A DNA stretch of 61,482 nucleotides, filler included. It is 7 parts of 7 records of this genome, joined end to end, with 100 filler letters (N's around TTAATTAATTAA, not from the genome) between each part and the next. Parts side by side here need not be neighbours in the genome. Positions count along the whole stretch, not along the records: positions 27,641 to 33,803 come from SRR31147125_69157; positions 33,904 to 38,916 come from SRR31147125_69258; positions 39,017 to 54,936 come from SRR31147125_69263; 4 more parts are not named here. One strand, written 5' to 3'. Under the pieces are notes generated by a model. It ran no database searches and was not told the origin of the DNA. It was given only the letters and a program-made list of their open reading frames with translations. Of the stretch, positions 29,755-40,206 are shown piece by piece; position 1 is the first letter of the stretch, and every line of letters starts with the position of its first letter. Both the position numbers and the translations under genes were made by a program.

Positions 29755-31509
29755 ATGAGAAAAACAAAGATAATCTGTACGATAGGTCCAGTAAGCGAAA
29801 AAGAGCCTATGATGAGAAAATTAATAGAGAACGGAATGAACGTAGCAAGACTGAATTTCAGCCATGCTGACCATGAAGAACACAAAAGACGTATAGACCT
29901 GTTAAAAAAACTTAGAAAAGAGTATAAGACTCACTTGGCGATACTGCTTGATACAAAAGGACCCGAAGTGCGGATAAAGTTTTTCAAAGATGGTTCCTGT
30001 GTACTCAGCAAGGGAGATAAATTCAATCTTTGCACTTATGACCGTGAAGGCGACAGCACAGGAGTATCCGTAACATATAATAAGCTGTGCGATGATGTGG
30101 AAAAAGGTACTAAAATATTGCTGGATGACGGGCTTATCGAGATGGATGTAGATTCTGTTAAAGACGGTTGTATCATATGCACTGTTCAAAACGGCGGAGT
30201 GCTAAGCAGCAATAAATCCGTCAATGTCCCGGGAGTAGACCTGAATATGGATTATGTCAGCAAAAAGGACAAAGATGACATAATCTTCGGAATAGAAAAC
30301 GATATAGATTATATTGCGGCGTCTTTTTGCAGAAGTGCGGATGATGTTCTTGCAATAAGAAAGATACTGGATACCGGCGGAGGCAAGGGTATACAGATAA
30401 TCGCCAAGATAGAGAACGCAAGCGGCGTTTCAAACATACATGAAATCATAAATGTTGCTGACGGCATCATGGTTGCAAGGGGCGACATGGGCGTAGAGAT
30501 GGATATAGTTGACCTGCCGAGAATACAGAAGATGCTTATCAAAAAAGCGTATTCTGCCGGTAAAAAGGTTATTACCGCAACGCAGATGCTGGATTCTATG
30601 ATACACAACCCAAGACCCACAAGAGCGGAGGCTACTGACGTTGCAAACGCTGTGTATGACGGGACAAGCGCTATAATGCTATCCGGCGAAACGGCAATAG
30701 GCAAGTATCCGCTCGAGAGCCTTGTCACCATGTCTAAGATCGCTGTAAAGACGGAGGAAAATATAAGATATGTAAATCGCTTCAACAACAGTCTGCACGA
30801 TTTTTCAACGAGCGTCACCAGCGCTATTTCTCAGGCAACGTGTTCTACTGCGCACAGCCTTAAAGCCAGCGCTATCATAGCATTTACGCAGTCCGGCAGG
30901 ACGGCAAGGATGGTATCGAGTTTTCGGCCGGCAGTGCCTATTATAGCCTGTTCTCCAAACGAGAAGACGTGCAATCAGCTTGCTATGTCTTGGGGCGTAT
31001 TCCCTGTCGTTGCGCAGGAACAGGACAGCTCTGATAAAATGTTTTCACATGCTGTAGGGCTTGCGGAGACTACAGGGCTTGTCAGACAAGGCGATGTCGT
31101 AGTTATAACTGCAGGCGTACCAATTGGTGTCAGCGGAACTACCAACATGCTTCAGGTACAGATAGTGGGGAATGTGCTTTTGAAAGGAACTGGAGTGACT
31201 AACATCTCGATACACGGAAAGCTCTGCGTGTGTGAAGACGAACTGCAGCTTAGGGAAAAGTTTGAAGAGGGTGATATAATAGTCATTCCAAAGACAACTA
31301 ACTCAATTATGGATATACTCAAAAAATCATCGGGTATAATAACTGAGTTTGGAGGAGTAGATTCTCATGCCGCTATCGTCGGTCTGACGCTTGGCATACC
31401 TGTGCTGTGCGACGCTGAAAACGCAACGCAGATACTGCGGCACGGAACGTCGGTTTCTCTTGATGCTGTAAGAGGGCTTGTTTATACGGGAATTCAGGAA
31501 AAGAATTAA
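29755..31509 (+). CDS. pyk: Pyruvate kinase with C-terminal PEP-utiliser mobile domain
   Basis: MRKTKIICTIGP, ARLNFSH, DTKGPE, IIAKIE, MVARGDMG, ATQMLDSM, SHAAIVG; AAGGAG RBS. Confidence 0.96.
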   Translation: MRKTKIICTIGPVSEKEPMMRKLIENGMNVARLNFSHADHEEHKRRIDLLKKLRKEYKTHLAILLDTKGPEVRIKFFKDGSCVLSKGDKFNLCTYDREGDSTGVSVTYNKLCDDVEKGTKILLDDGLIEMDVDSVKDGCIICTVQNGGVLSSNKSVNVPGVDLNMDYVSKKDKDDIIFGIENDIDYIAASFCRSADDVLAIRKILDTGGGKGIQIIAKIENASGVSNIHEIINVADGIMVARGDMGVEMDIVDLPRIQKMLIKKAYSAGKKVITATQMLDSMIHNPRPTRAEATDVANAVYDGTSAIMLSGETAIGKYPLESLVTMSKIAVKTEENIRYVNRFNNSLHDFSTSVTSAISQATCSTAHSLKASAIIAFTQSGRTARMVSSFRPAVPIIACSPNEKTCNQLAMSWGVFPVVAQEQDSSDKMFSHAVGLAETTGLVRQGDVVVITAGVPIGVSGTTNMLQVQIVGNVLLKGTGVTNISIHGKLCVCEDELQLREKFEEGDIIVIPKTTNSIMDILKKSSGIITEFGGVDSHAAIVGLTLGIPVLCDAENATQILRHGTSVSLDAVRGLVYTGIQEKN

Positions 31510-31526
31510 AAGTGGGGTATAGAGTT

Positions 31527-32873
31527 TTGGCTAAAAACAAGACAGCTTTTGTATGTGGTGAATGCGGCTATTCAAGCGTAAAGTGGATGGGGCAGTGTCC
31601 ATCGTGCAGAAACTGGAACACTATGGCAGAGATGGACGTTACGCCTGAAGTCAGCAAGAAGGAAAAGCCCGCTGCAAGCAAAGCTGTATATCTTAAAGAT
31701 GTGTCTGTGGAGGATACACAGAGGTGGACGACCGGCTTTAATGAGCTCGACAGAGTTCTCGGCGGCGGCGTAGTTGAAGGAAGCGTCGTCCTTGCCGGAG
31801 GAGAGCCGGGGATAGGGAAGTCCACTCTGTTTCTGCAGGTCGCAGATTCGCTTGTACGCTGCGGTAAAAAAGTGCTTTATATATCCGGCGAAGAATCGCT
31901 GAGGCAGATACGCCTTCGGGCAAAAAGGCTGAAGAGCAGCGGAGAGATAATGCTGCTTGCCGAGACAGAGATAAACAACTGCATAGACAGCATACAGCAG
32001 CAGAGCCCCGATTTTGTGGTAATCGACTCTATACAGACGATGTATTCATCTGCGCTTAATCCTGCCCCGGGAAGCGTAAGCCAGATAAAACAGTGCGCAA
32101 GCCTGCTTACTAAAGAAGCTAAGACAAGCGGAGCGGCCGTGCTTATAATAGGACATGTTACGAAAGAAGGCGCAATAGCAGGGCCGAGGATCTTAGAGCA
32201 CATGGTTGATACCGTGCTCTATTTTGAAGGCGAAAAGCAGGGAACGTTCAGGATATTAAGAGCTGTTAAAAACAGGTTTGGCTCTACTAACGAAATAGGC
32301 GTTTTTGACATGCATGACAACGGTATGATGCAGGTAGAGAATCCTTCCGGTGTTCTGCTTTCCGAGAGAAATTCGAAGGCGTCCGGATCGTGCGTATATC
32401 CTTCGCTGGAGGGAACTAGACCAGTGCTTCTTGAAGTCCAGGCGCTTGTAAGCCCGACTTCTTTTAATATGCCGAGGCGAATGTCCAGCGGACTGGAATA
32501 TAACCGTATGGCGCTTATAACAGCTGTACTGGAAAAGAGAATGGGGCTAAAGCTTTATAATCATGATATCTACGTAAATGTCGTTGGAGGAATAAAGCTT
32601 AACCAGCCTGCGGCGGATCTTGCAATGGCGGCGAGCATAGTCTCGAGTTTCCGAGACACCGCCGTCAGCGATGCATGCGCAATGGGAGAGATAGGCCTTA
32701 CAGGAGAAGTGAGGAGTATAGGACAGACGGAGAAAAGGCTGTTTGAATGCGCTTCAATGGGCTTTAAGCGTGCAGTTGTTCCTAAAGGAAATCTGAAAGG
32801 CTGCAAGATTCCGGATGGCCTTGAGGTTCACGGAGTAAGAAACGTTTTTGACGCACTGGAAATTCTGATATAA
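31527..32873 (+). CDS. radA: DNA repair protein RadA/Sms
   Basis: CGECG..CPSC zinc finger, GEPGIGKST, KNRFG motif, Lon-like C-terminus. Confidence 0.96.
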   Translation: MAKNKTAFVCGECGYSSVKWMGQCPSCRNWNTMAEMDVTPEVSKKEKPAASKAVYLKDVSVEDTQRWTTGFNELDRVLGGGVVEGSVVLAGGEPGIGKSTLFLQVADSLVRCGKKVLYISGEESLRQIRLRAKRLKSSGEIMLLAETEINNCIDSIQQQSPDFVVIDSIQTMYSSALNPAPGSVSQIKQCASLLTKEAKTSGAAVLIIGHVTKEGAIAGPRILEHMVDTVLYFEGEKQGTFRILRAVKNRFGSTNEIGVFDMHDNGMMQVENPSGVLLSERNSKASGSCVYPSLEGTRPVLLEVQALVSPTSFNMPRRMSSGLEYNRMALITAVLEKRMGLKLYNHDIYVNVVGGIKLNQPAADLAMAASIVSSFRDTAVSDACAMGEIGLTGEVRSIGQTEKRLFECASMGFKRAVVPKGNLKGCKIPDGLEVHGVRNVFDALEILI

Positions 32874-32965
32874 CAATACAAACCAAGCCAAATTATTGCA
32901 TTATTATATATTAAAGGTTATACTTAGTATACAATCGAAAGTTTGTTTTATTGGGGGAGGATATT

Positions 32966-33803
32966 ATGTACTGTTACTACTGCGGACAAGAGCTACCTGA
33001 CTATGCTGAGTTTTGTTATAACTGCGGCAAGCAGGTAAAGAAGTTCGAGGAAGATATTGAGCCGGAAATCCAACAACCGAAAATAGAAGAAAAGCAGGCT
33101 ATTGAGACACCGCCGGCAGTACAGCCTTCTGATGAAGAAGTTTTGCAGGAGAAACCCGATAAGGCGAAAGCTCCACAGGAAGCCGAACAGCCAGTAGCAG
33201 AGGAGACGGCTTACAATGAGACGACGGCAGAAGCTGAGGATAAGATTGAGGAAAGACAGCCAAGCCCGCAGAGTGCGCCTAAAGAGATTAAAGAAGAACA
33301 AAAGACAGAGTCTGTGAAAGCGCCTAAAGCAACAGAAGAGACAGCGCAGAAAGTATCTCAAGCTGAAACGCAGGCAGCAGAAGAACAGCCATTAGGCTTG
33401 CAGAGTGCACCTAAAGAGCCTAAAGAAGTGCAGAAGACAGTGCCCAAAGCAACAGAAAAGGCAGCGCAGGAAGGACATCTGATTATCGAGCAGGCTGCAG
33501 AAAAGCAGTCCAAATTACAGCAGGAAACGAAAATACCCGAACCAACGAGACAGCCAGCAAAGGAAACTGCAGCCGAGCAGGAGTTAAGAGAACCCAAGCA
33601 ATTTGCCCAACCGGAAACAGAAGAACAAGTGCAGGAAGCAGCGGCAGTATTTCCGCAGGTTATGGGAACAAACCAGACTTCAGAGTATCAGCCGGAAGCT
33701 ACTGCACATAACAAAGCGGAGAAAAAGAATCCCAGAGATAAAATTAAATCAAAACGCAGGCTTGGACTCATACTTGGGCTTGTCGGCGGCGTAGTTGTTT
33801 TAG
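32966..33803 (+). CDS. Zinc-ribbon membrane protein with long E/Q/P/A/K-rich linker (3'-truncated)
   Basis: MYCYYCG..FCYNCG, low-complexity linker, TM segment at the contig edge. Confidence 0.75.
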
Positions 33804-33903
33804 NNNNNNNNNNNNNNNNNNNNNNNNNNNNNNNNNNNNNNNNNNNNTTAATTAATTAANNNNNNNNNNNNNNNNNNNNNNNNNNNNNNNNNNNNNNNNN
33901 NNN
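33804..33903. other. Artificial contig spacer
   Basis: N44-TTAATTAATTAA-N44. Confidence 0.98.
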
Positions 33904-34321
33904 CAATGTTTACAGCGTCAATTGAATATTGCTGCAAAAATAATATTGGAACACTTAGGGATGGAGCGAATAAGACGGGCTTCGACTTGTCGCAGCAGCC
34001 TCAGCATTTGAATATTTACACCAATTATGCTCTGATTATGGAATAGACTATGATTGGTGCGTATATGACAAATCAAATTTAGATATTGATATGTTTCATT
34101 ACGGCATTAATGCAGAAGAATCCTTCCTGCTGTATAGAAGCCAGCCGCTTTGCAGAGGAGGAGGATATTTGCACAATGTATTTTTAAGATTATTCTTTTT
34201 GCCTTTATATGGGGCAAAAAAGCATGAAGAGTACGGCAAATTATGGCTGGAAGATAGAATCAAGCTTTGTCATAAACTATTAGATGAAAGAGGGATTACA
34301 CTAAAAAACGCAGATGAATGA
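33904..34321 (+). CDS. Hypothetical protein, C-terminal part (1-bp deletion ~34008)
   Basis: MFTASIEYCCKNNI..DG.. joins ORF 34091 if one T is restored. Confidence 0.45.
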
Positions 34322-34432
34322 ATATTATTATCTTTATAACTCCGTTGATATTTAAACTAATAAGTGTTACCCTAATAAATGTAAATTATATAAATACTAA
34401 ATTTGTAAATGATAAGAGCGGTTGAGAGAAAA

Positions 34433-35014
34433 ATGATTGTAAATATATTAGAGAGAATTAATAACGAACTTAAAATAAGGACAAGCAATGAACTATTTGT
34501 AATAGGCATTGACGGCAACTGCGGTTCCGGCAAAACAACGTTAGCCGAACATTTAAGCAAGGAATTAAACTGTGGTGTAGTTCATATGGACGACTTTTTC
34601 CTGCCGAAAGAACTGCGAACGTTGGACAGGCTAGGTGAAATAGCCGGCAATTTTCACTATGAAAGATTTGAAAAAGAGGTATTGCAGGGAATAAAAAAGG
34701 GATATATTAAATATAAAAAATTTGATTGTAAGAGTATGGAGTACATGGAAGATAAAATAATTAAACTTGACAGCGAGTTGATTATTGAAGGGTCATATTC
34801 TTTTAGCCATGATTTTTATAAAGCATATGATTATAAGATATTTACAAAGTGCGATAATGAGACTCAAATGAAGCGTTTGCAAAAAAGAGTGGGAGACAAA
34901 AAAATAGAGCAGTTTATTAACAAATGGATACCTATGGAAAACAGATATTTTGAATGTGAAAAGCCTGAAGATAAGGCGGATATTGTTATTGATACCAGTG
35001 GAGTTAAAAAGTAA
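34433..35014 (+). CDS. Uridine kinase-family P-loop kinase
   Basis: IGIDGNCGSGKTT, HMDDFF, IIEGSYS. Confidence 0.85.
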   Translation: MIVNILERINNELKIRTSNELFVIGIDGNCGSGKTTLAEHLSKELNCGVVHMDDFFLPKELRTLDRLGEIAGNFHYERFEKEVLQGIKKGYIKYKKFDCKSMEYMEDKIIKLDSELIIEGSYSFSHDFYKAYDYKIFTKCDNETQMKRLQKRVGDKKIEQFINKWIPMENRYFECEKPEDKADIVIDTSGVKK

Positions 35015-35290
35015 TTATTAAATAAGAAGCAAATTGTGTTTGCCAACATATAAGTTATTTGAAAAAGAAACCGTTTATTGCTACAATAGAAGACATAAAT
35101 ACGGAGATATACCAATGATAAAGTAAGCATAAATCTTAATTAAAAACGATTAATAGTTATGGCTATATACTATAGCTACCGTTCGGTTGTCTTAAAAATT
35201 AGATTGGCGTATTTCATTGTAATAGTTTTTAGATACAATTTTTTAAGTCTGCTCTTTTTTTCTGACAATCAGATAAAAAGGAGTTTTTTT

Positions 35291-36034
35291 ATGCAGTTTA
35301 ATTATAGAAGTAAAGAAAAAATAGAAAAAGATATAGTGAGTTTGAAAAAATGGATGGATGATACGGTTGATTTGCCGGCAGAGGATATGGCAGGCTTTTT
35401 CAGAAAAAGAATTGAAGCATATGAGGAAGTTCATCTGGGCAACTGGGAAAGCGAGTACAAAAAACTTCCTGACTTTTTGCCATCCGAAATTAAAACAATG
35501 CTGGATATTGGATGCGGTACGGGACTGGAGTTGGATGAAATATTCAAAAGATTTCCCGATTTGCAGGTGACAGGAATTGATATCTGTGAAAAGATGCTTG
35601 ATAAGTTAAAGGAGAAGCGTTCAGATAGAAATATTAATCTGATACAGGCGGATTATTTTCAATATCCGTTTGAAGGCATACAGTATGATGCTGTTATTTC
35701 GGTATTGTCCCTGCATCACTATGAATTCAACAAGAAACAGAAAATTTATGATAAAATATATAAATCGGTAAAAACGGGAAGCTTTTATTTGGAGGCCGAC
35801 TATATGGCGGTAAATGCTGAGTGGGAAGAGCTGAATTTGGATTATTATAAAAGGCGGAGAGAAAACACTGATATTGAAGTTGGTACCTTTGTTCATATAG
35901 ATCTGCCGCTGACGGTTGAGAATCAAATTCAGTTACTGGAAAATTCGGGATTCAGCGATGTTGAAGTGCTGGGCAGACCTTTTGAGACTGATAGTAATGT
36001 AGTTTTTATAAAGGCATATAAAACCATGATGTAA
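35291..36034 (+). CDS. Class I SAM-dependent methyltransferase
   Basis: LDIGCGTG motif I, VTGID, YDAVISVLSLHH; AGGAG RBS before 35291. Confidence 0.88.
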   Translation: MQFNYRSKEKIEKDIVSLKKWMDDTVDLPAEDMAGFFRKRIEAYEEVHLGNWESEYKKLPDFLPSEIKTMLDIGCGTGLELDEIFKRFPDLQVTGIDICEKMLDKLKEKRSDRNINLIQADYFQYPFEGIQYDAVISVLSLHHYEFNKKQKIYDKIYKSVKTGSFYLEADYMAVNAEWEELNLDYYKRRRENTDIEVGTFVHIDLPLTVENQIQLLENSGFSDVEVLGRPFETDSNVVFIKAYKTMM

Positions 36035-36078
36035 GGTACAGAAGGAGAGCAAAAAATATGAAAACAATTGTAGTGATG

Positions 36079-36936
36079 TTATTTGAACTGTTTTTTGGTG
36101 ATAATTCTGTAATTAATGTAGCTGGCAAGCAGAACAATCAGTATGCCTATTATTGAGGAAAGGCTTAATGTTTCCTGCCACAGGAAATATGCGATTATCG
36201 CGGAGAAAATTACTGTTGCATAGCTATAGATTGAAACTTCTGATGCTTTTGCATATTTATACGAATAAGTAAGGCAGTATTGTCCGCCGGCTGCAAATAC
36301 GCCGGTTAGAACAAGATACAGCAAGTCGGTTACACTAGGCTGCACATAGAAGAATAGGAACAGCGGAAGAGTACCGATGACGGAGATTCCAGAAAAATAA
36401 AGTACTATTGTTGAAGGGTGCTCCCTCCCGCTTAACATTCTGACAATTGTGTAGGCAAGACCAGCAGCAAGAGCGGAGGATAAGCCAATTAGTGCAGGCA
36501 GGATGGTTGAATCGAGCTCTGGTTTTATGACCAAGGCAATGCCGACAAATGCAAGGATTACAGTTAATATTTGATATTTAGTTATTTTTTCCTTTAAAAT
36601 AAAATAAGCGAAAATCATAACAAAGAATGGGGACATTCTATTTAAAATTGCTGAATCTGCAAGAGACATATTTTGTATGCAATAAAAGTATGCCATTACG
36701 CCAAGGAGACCTAAAACTGACCTTGATAATAATAATTTTAAATTTTTCTTATTTTCTAAAATTGGAATTCTTTTAAACACGGTAATGGAAGCTGCTATAA
36801 AAAATCCGATTAGATTTCTAAAAAATACTGCTTCAACAAATGGCAGATTGGAAAGGTTTTTGACCATAGCAGCCATAAAAGAGAATGATAATGCAGATAG
36901 CAACATTAACAGTATAGATGTTTTTTTATTTTCCAT
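36079..36936 (-). CDS. DMT/EamA-family transporter
   Basis: About 10 TM helices in two EamA repeats; SPFF..LKEK. Confidence 0.88.
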   Translation of the reverse strand: MENKKTSILLMLLSALSFSFMAAMVKNLSNLPFVEAVFFRNLIGFFIAASITVFKRIPILENKKNLKLLLSRSVLGLLGVMAYFYCIQNMSLADSAILNRMSPFFVMIFAYFILKEKITKYQILTVILAFVGIALVIKPELDSTILPALIGLSSALAAGLAYTIVRMLSGREHPSTIVLYFSGISVIGTLPLFLFFYVQPSVTDLLYLVLTGVFAAGGQYCLTYSYKYAKASEVSIYSYATVIFSAIIAYFLWQETLSLSSIIGILIVLLASYINYRIITKKQFK

Positions 36937-37115
36937 TAATAATTGTTCCTTAATTGCTTAAAAGGTTAATTCAATTGTATTAATATTATTTTTAAGCATA
37001 GAAGCTATTTTTTATTGAATAGTGTTTGCTAATTCTATAATATTTTTTGTATAATAGCAAGTAAGTGATTTGGAAATTAAAGATGATGAAAGACGGAAAT
37101 ATTTCTTTTAATATC

Positions 37116-37144
37116 TTGCAAACTAATTAAATATGATATATAAT
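37116..37144 (+). promoter_or_regulatory. sigmaA promoter for tRNA-Leu
   Basis: TTGCAA, 17 nt, TATAAT. Confidence 0.7.
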
Positions 37145-37166
37145 TTGTTGGCACAGTTTTATATTT

Positions 37167-37253
37167 GCGGTCGTGGCGGAATTGGTAGACGTGCTAGCTT
37201 GAGGGGCTAGTGATAGTAATATCGTGAGGGTTCAAATCCCTCCGACCGCACCA
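37167..37253 (+). tRNA. tRNA-Leu(GAG)
   Basis: GCGGTCG/CGACCGC acceptor stem, CTAGC-TTGAGGG-GCTAG anticodon arm, long variable arm, GGTTCAAATCC T-loop, encoded CCA. Confidence 0.95.
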
Positions 37254-37260
37254 TAAAATT

Positions 37261-37289
37261 AAAGTCTATTATTTTGGATAGGCTTTTTT
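37261..37289 (+). terminator. Terminator after tRNA-Leu
   Basis: AAAGTCTAT..ATAGGCTTT hairpin plus T tract. Confidence 0.65.
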
Positions 37290-37531
37290 GTTTTTTAATG
37301 AAAGGGCGTCGAGCTAGTTAGAGCCTTTATAGCCACGTCAGAAGATTCCACATAATTCCACTTATTTAGATGATTACTCTTATAACGCTAACAATTAATG
37401 ATTTTCGCTTTATATCGGTAGATATAATTGTTTTGTAGAGAAGAATGTGTTATATTTATGTGCATGTTTTGATACAACATAGAAATTTAGATGATTAATA
37501 AAAAACAAACAACTATAAGGAGATAACTATA

Positions 37532-38809
37532 TTGTTATTTAAAGATTTAAATATAATAGAGCCTATACAGAAGGCGCTAAAGGAAGAAGGGTATTTTGAA
37601 GCGACACCTATACAGGAGAAATGCATCCCATTACTATTTGATGGGAAAGATTTATTAGGATGTGCTCAAACAGGGACTGGAAAGACAGCAGCATTTGCTA
37701 TTCCAATTTTACAAGGCATTTCATCTCAGCCAAAGAACACAAGAGAAAAAACTAAAATAAAAGCATTAATTTTAGCGCCAACAAGAGAACTTGCAATTCA
37801 AATAGGAGAGAGTTTTAAAACTTACGGAAAGCATTTGAATCTAAAGACACTAGTAATATTTGGGGGTGTATCTCAAAATCCTCAGACAACGGCCCTAAGA
37901 TCTGGAATAGATATTTTAGTGGCAACTCCAGTGAGACTATTGGACTTAATTAATCAAAAATTTGTTACTTTAAAGCATGTAAACTACTTTGTACTTGACG
38001 AGGCGGATTATATGCTTGATATGGGAATGATTCATGATGTAAGAAGAATAATAAAGCATATTCCGCAGCTGCGTCATACTATGTTTTTTTCTGCGACTAT
38101 GCCTGCAGAAATTGCAAAATTAGCAAGTCAAATACTGCAAAATCCTGCAAAGGTAAAGGTAGCGCCCATATCATCTGCAGTAGATATAATACAGCAATCA
38201 ATTTATCACGTAAACAAGAAAAATAAAATACATTTATTGATTCATTTGCTAAAGGATACATCGATAACGTCTGTATTAGTATTTTCTAGAACTAAATATG
38301 GAGCAAATAAAATTGTGAAATTACTAGGAAGATCTAAAATAGAAGCGCAAGCGATTCATGGAGATAAATCTCAAACCGCACGACAAAAAGCTCTGAAAAG
38401 TTTCAAAAATGGAGGAACAAGAGTATTAGTTGCTACTGATATTGCAGCTCGTGGTATTGATGTAAATGAATTATATTATGTAATTAATTTTGATTTACCA
38501 CATGTTCCGGAAACTTACGTACATAGAATAGGTCGTACTGGACGAGCTGGACTTGGAGGAATAGCTATTTCTTTTTGTACTGAAGAAGAGAAACAACTAT
38601 TAAATGCAATCCAAAAACTAATATCTAAAAAAATTGACGTAGTTAATGAACATCCTTATCCATTGGTGCAAATACCGATTGAACCAAAAGTGGAACATAC
38701 TAAAAAATATTCATCGTCAAAAAACAGGAGTAATAGTAAAAGCAGAAGCAATAATAAGAACAGAAATAATAATAGTAACATAAAAGGTTCAGTAAAGAAA
38801 AGCTCATAA
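37532..38809 (+). CDS. DEAD-box RNA helicase (RhlE-like), with some non-consensus motifs
   Basis: Q motif TPIQ, AQTGTGKT, PTRELA, DEAD, SAT, ARGID, HRIGRTGRAG; basic S/N-rich tail. Confidence 0.9.
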   Translation: MLFKDLNIIEPIQKALKEEGYFEATPIQEKCIPLLFDGKDLLGCAQTGTGKTAAFAIPILQGISSQPKNTREKTKIKALILAPTRELAIQIGESFKTYGKHLNLKTLVIFGGVSQNPQTTALRSGIDILVATPVRLLDLINQKFVTLKHVNYFVLDEADYMLDMGMIHDVRRIIKHIPQLRHTMFFSATMPAEIAKLASQILQNPAKVKVAPISSAVDIIQQSIYHVNKKNKIHLLIHLLKDTSITSVLVFSRTKYGANKIVKLLGRSKIEAQAIHGDKSQTARQKALKSFKNGGTRVLVATDIAARGIDVNELYYVINFDLPHVPETYVHRIGRTGRAGLGGIAISFCTEEEKQLLNAIQKLISKKIDVVNEHPYPLVQIPIEPKVEHTKKYSSSKNRSNSKSRSNNKNRNNNSNIKGSVKKSS

Positions 38810-38894
38810 GTATGAATAGAAATTGTACTATTATACTGGTGTTGTAACAACACCTCATAGAAAGGCTATCCGCCTTTGAATGGTCAATGGTTGC

Positions 38895-38916
38895 AATATC
38901 GTGAGGGTTCAAATCC
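38895..38916 (+). repeat. Exact direct repeat of a tRNA-Leu 3' segment (att-like), cut by contig end
   Basis: AATATCGTGAGGGTTCAAATCC is identical to 37218-37239; the upstream sequence is not tRNA-like. Confidence 0.85.
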
Positions 38917-39016
38917 NNNNNNNNNNNNNNNNNNNNNNNNNNNNNNNNNNNNNNNNNNNNTTAATTAATTAANNNNNNNNNNNNNNNNNNNNNNNNNNNN
39001 NNNNNNNNNNNNNNNN
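38917..39016. other. Artificial contig spacer
   Basis: N44-TTAATTAATTAA-N44. Confidence 0.98.
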
Positions 39017-39045
39017 TGTGTCAGGTGGCTTGACATGGCCGTTAT
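39017..39045. repeat. 29-bp repeat arm, inverted copy at 54908-54936
   Basis: TGTGTCAGGTGGCTTGACATGGCCGTTAT versus reverse complement of the contig end TGTGTCAGGTGGCCTGACATGGCCGTTAT (28/29). Confidence 0.85.
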
Positions 39046-39180
39046 AAGTTCATCAAAATAATGACTATGAATATTAAACCTTATGACGAGAAATATAGTC
39101 TGCATAGAAATTTTGGTTTAGAATGTCAAGAAAATTTTTTAAAACATCATGAGTAAAATAAATACAAAATAGCAAAAATA

Positions 39181-40095
39181 ATGATCCTGTTTGATATCAA
39201 AAAATACGCGATCCACGATGGGCCGGGGATTCGCACAACCATTTTTTTTAAAGGATGCCCCCTGTCCTGCATCTGGTGCCATAATCCGGAAAGTCTGGGC
39301 AAATTTCCCCATTGGGTCTATGACTCCAATCGATGTACTGCCTGCGGAACCTGCATCGCCATTTGCCCTTCCCAAGCCCTTGAGATGGAAGAAGAGACCG
39401 GAAAGATCATTCGGCATCCCACCCGGTGCAAATCATGCGGCGATTGCATCTCGCTGTGTCCTTCAGGTGCCGGGGAAATGGTCGGGTATTATCGATCTGT
39501 GCCGGAATTACTACAGCAAATAGAAAAAGACCTTCCATTTTACGAAAGCTCCGGGGGAGGCGTTACCTTTTCCGGTGGGGAGCCGTTGATGCAGTGGAAG
39601 CCGCTTCTTGAATTGCTTCGAGCATGCCGGAACCGGGAAATTCATACCGCCGTGGATACCACAGGACATGCCCCAAAGGAAGTGATTGAAAAAATAGCCG
39701 ATGTAACAGATCTTTTTCTGTTTGATGTGAAGCATATGAACAGTGACCTGCATCAACGTTTCACAGGCGTACCCAATGCGTTGATACTCTCCAATTTACG
39801 CTTCCTGTCCGAACGGGCGGTTTCAAAAGATAACATTATCATTCGAATGCCTCTGATTCCGGGCATTAACGATGATGAAGAAAATCTCACATCCTTTGCC
39901 GATTTCATGAAATCATTGACCCACGACCATCGGGTGAATATTCTTCCCTATCACGAGTTTCAAAAATCGAAATATCAGAAATTCGGGATTTCCTATGCCG
40001 CCTCCCATCTTACGCCTCCCGCAGAGGCAGACGTGAAGGAGGTGCTGACAACCCTGCAAAAATTGGGAGTGGATGCCACAGTGTCAACGGAGTGA
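39181..40095 (+). CDS. Glycyl-radical enzyme activating enzyme (radical SAM with ferredoxin insert)
   Basis: HDGPGIRT..KGCPLSCIWCHNPE; CTACGTC and CKSCGDC clusters; GVTFSGGEP. Confidence 0.93.
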   Translation: MILFDIKKYAIHDGPGIRTTIFFKGCPLSCIWCHNPESLGKFPHWVYDSNRCTACGTCIAICPSQALEMEEETGKIIRHPTRCKSCGDCISLCPSGAGEMVGYYRSVPELLQQIEKDLPFYESSGGGVTFSGGEPLMQWKPLLELLRACRNREIHTAVDTTGHAPKEVIEKIADVTDLFLFDVKHMNSDLHQRFTGVPNALILSNLRFLSERAVSKDNIIIRMPLIPGINDDEENLTSFADFMKSLTHDHRVNILPYHEFQKSKYQKFGISYAASHLTPPAEADVKEVLTTLQKLGVDATVSTE

Positions 40096-40206
40096 GTAAA
40101 GAGTAAAAACGGATTGAGCAAAGAGAGACTCCCTCCAATTCAAACGCATCAATCAGATTCAACATCAACGACACCGGACAAATGTCCCGGTTTAAGGAGC
40201 CATATA

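Noticed and set aside
38870-38916. A second complete tRNA-Leu gene
   Set aside because: Sequence upstream of 38895 has no D-arm or anticodon arm; only the 3' segment is duplicated
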